Assembly (NCBI GenBank): GCA_031962025.1 | Contig: JAVRKW010000016.1 | Strand: one strand, 5' to 3' | Source: Pseudothermotoga sp. | Lineage (GTDB): Bacteria; Thermotogota; Thermotogae; Thermotogales; DSM-5069 | DNA: 22,032 nucleotides | Part shown: piece by piece, positions 21,598 to 22,032 of the stretch | How positions within the stretch are numbered: the first letter of the stretch is position 1 | Layout of the letters: every line of letters starts with the position of its first letter | Program-made: the position numbers and the translations under genes | Notes under the pieces: generated by a model | What the model saw: the letters and a program-made list of their open reading frames with translations, nothing else | Told to the model about the DNA's origin: nothing | The model's database searches: none

Positions 21598-22032
21598 TTA
21601 TTTCCACTTTGATTCGTCGAGTTCTTTTTCAGACTTGCTCACTATTATTGTTCCAACAAGGTCTCCTGTGACGTTGACCATGGTTCTACCCATATCAAGA
21701 ATGGCATCTATACCCAGTATCATGGCATAAGCCATGGCTGCGGGACTACCTTCTGTCAATTTTATTCCTATGGAGTCCAGGACCATTAAAAGCATTATGG
21801 CACCAGCTCCGGGCACTCCGGCTGTTCCTATCGATGCCAGAACGGCAGTTAAAATAACCAGAATCTGCTGAGATATGCCCAGGTGCAGTCCTATGGCATT
21901 TGCAACAAACAGTGCACAGACTCCCTGGTAAATTGCGGTCCCATCCATGTTGATGGTGGCACCGAGCGGAAGCGTGAAGGAGTATATCCCCACGGGCAGA
22001 CCCATTTCTTCCTGTGCAACCCTCATGGTGAC
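21598..22032 (-). CDS. Dicarboxylate/amino acid:cation symporter (DAACS, GltP/GltPh-like), 3' part only
   Basis: [40 protein letters not shown]. Truncated by the window end. Confidence 0.95.
   Translation of the reverse strand, partial: VTMRVAQEEMGLPVGIYSFTLPLGATINMDGTAIYQGVCALFVANAIGLHLGISQQILVILTAVLASIGTAGVPGAGAIMLLMVLDSIGIKLTEGSPAAMAYAMILGIDAILDMGRTMVNVTGDLVGTIIVSKSEKELDESKWK

Overview
Bacterial chromosome segment, very likely Thermotogota (Pseudothermotoga/Thermotoga-like). This is inferred from the ffh-rpsP-khpA-rimM-trmD-TM1570-rplS-lepB gene order and the protein style. The left part is a minus-strand operon of two lipoproteins. One has Ig/FN3 domains plus a PQQ-type beta-propeller. 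The other is an unusual fusion of a papain-family (C1A) and a clostripain-family (C11) cysteine protease, both with intact catalytic motifs. The middle is a self-contained ~8 kb sugar-utilisation operon: ROK repressor with promoter and operator, ABC binding protein, two permeases, two poorly characterised glycoside hydrolases and a terminator. It sits between two direct copies of a host segment (lipoprotein N-domain / cupin / 3' end of upp). The copies are identical over 531 bp (4845-5375 = 13841-14371) but only ~89% identical just to the left, and the window has no integrase or transposase. This looks like a recombination-inserted, potentially excisable or amplifiable cassette. The right part holds upp, lepB, the rpsP-rplS cluster, ffh, a beta-rich secreted hypothetical protein and the 3' end of a DAACS symporter.
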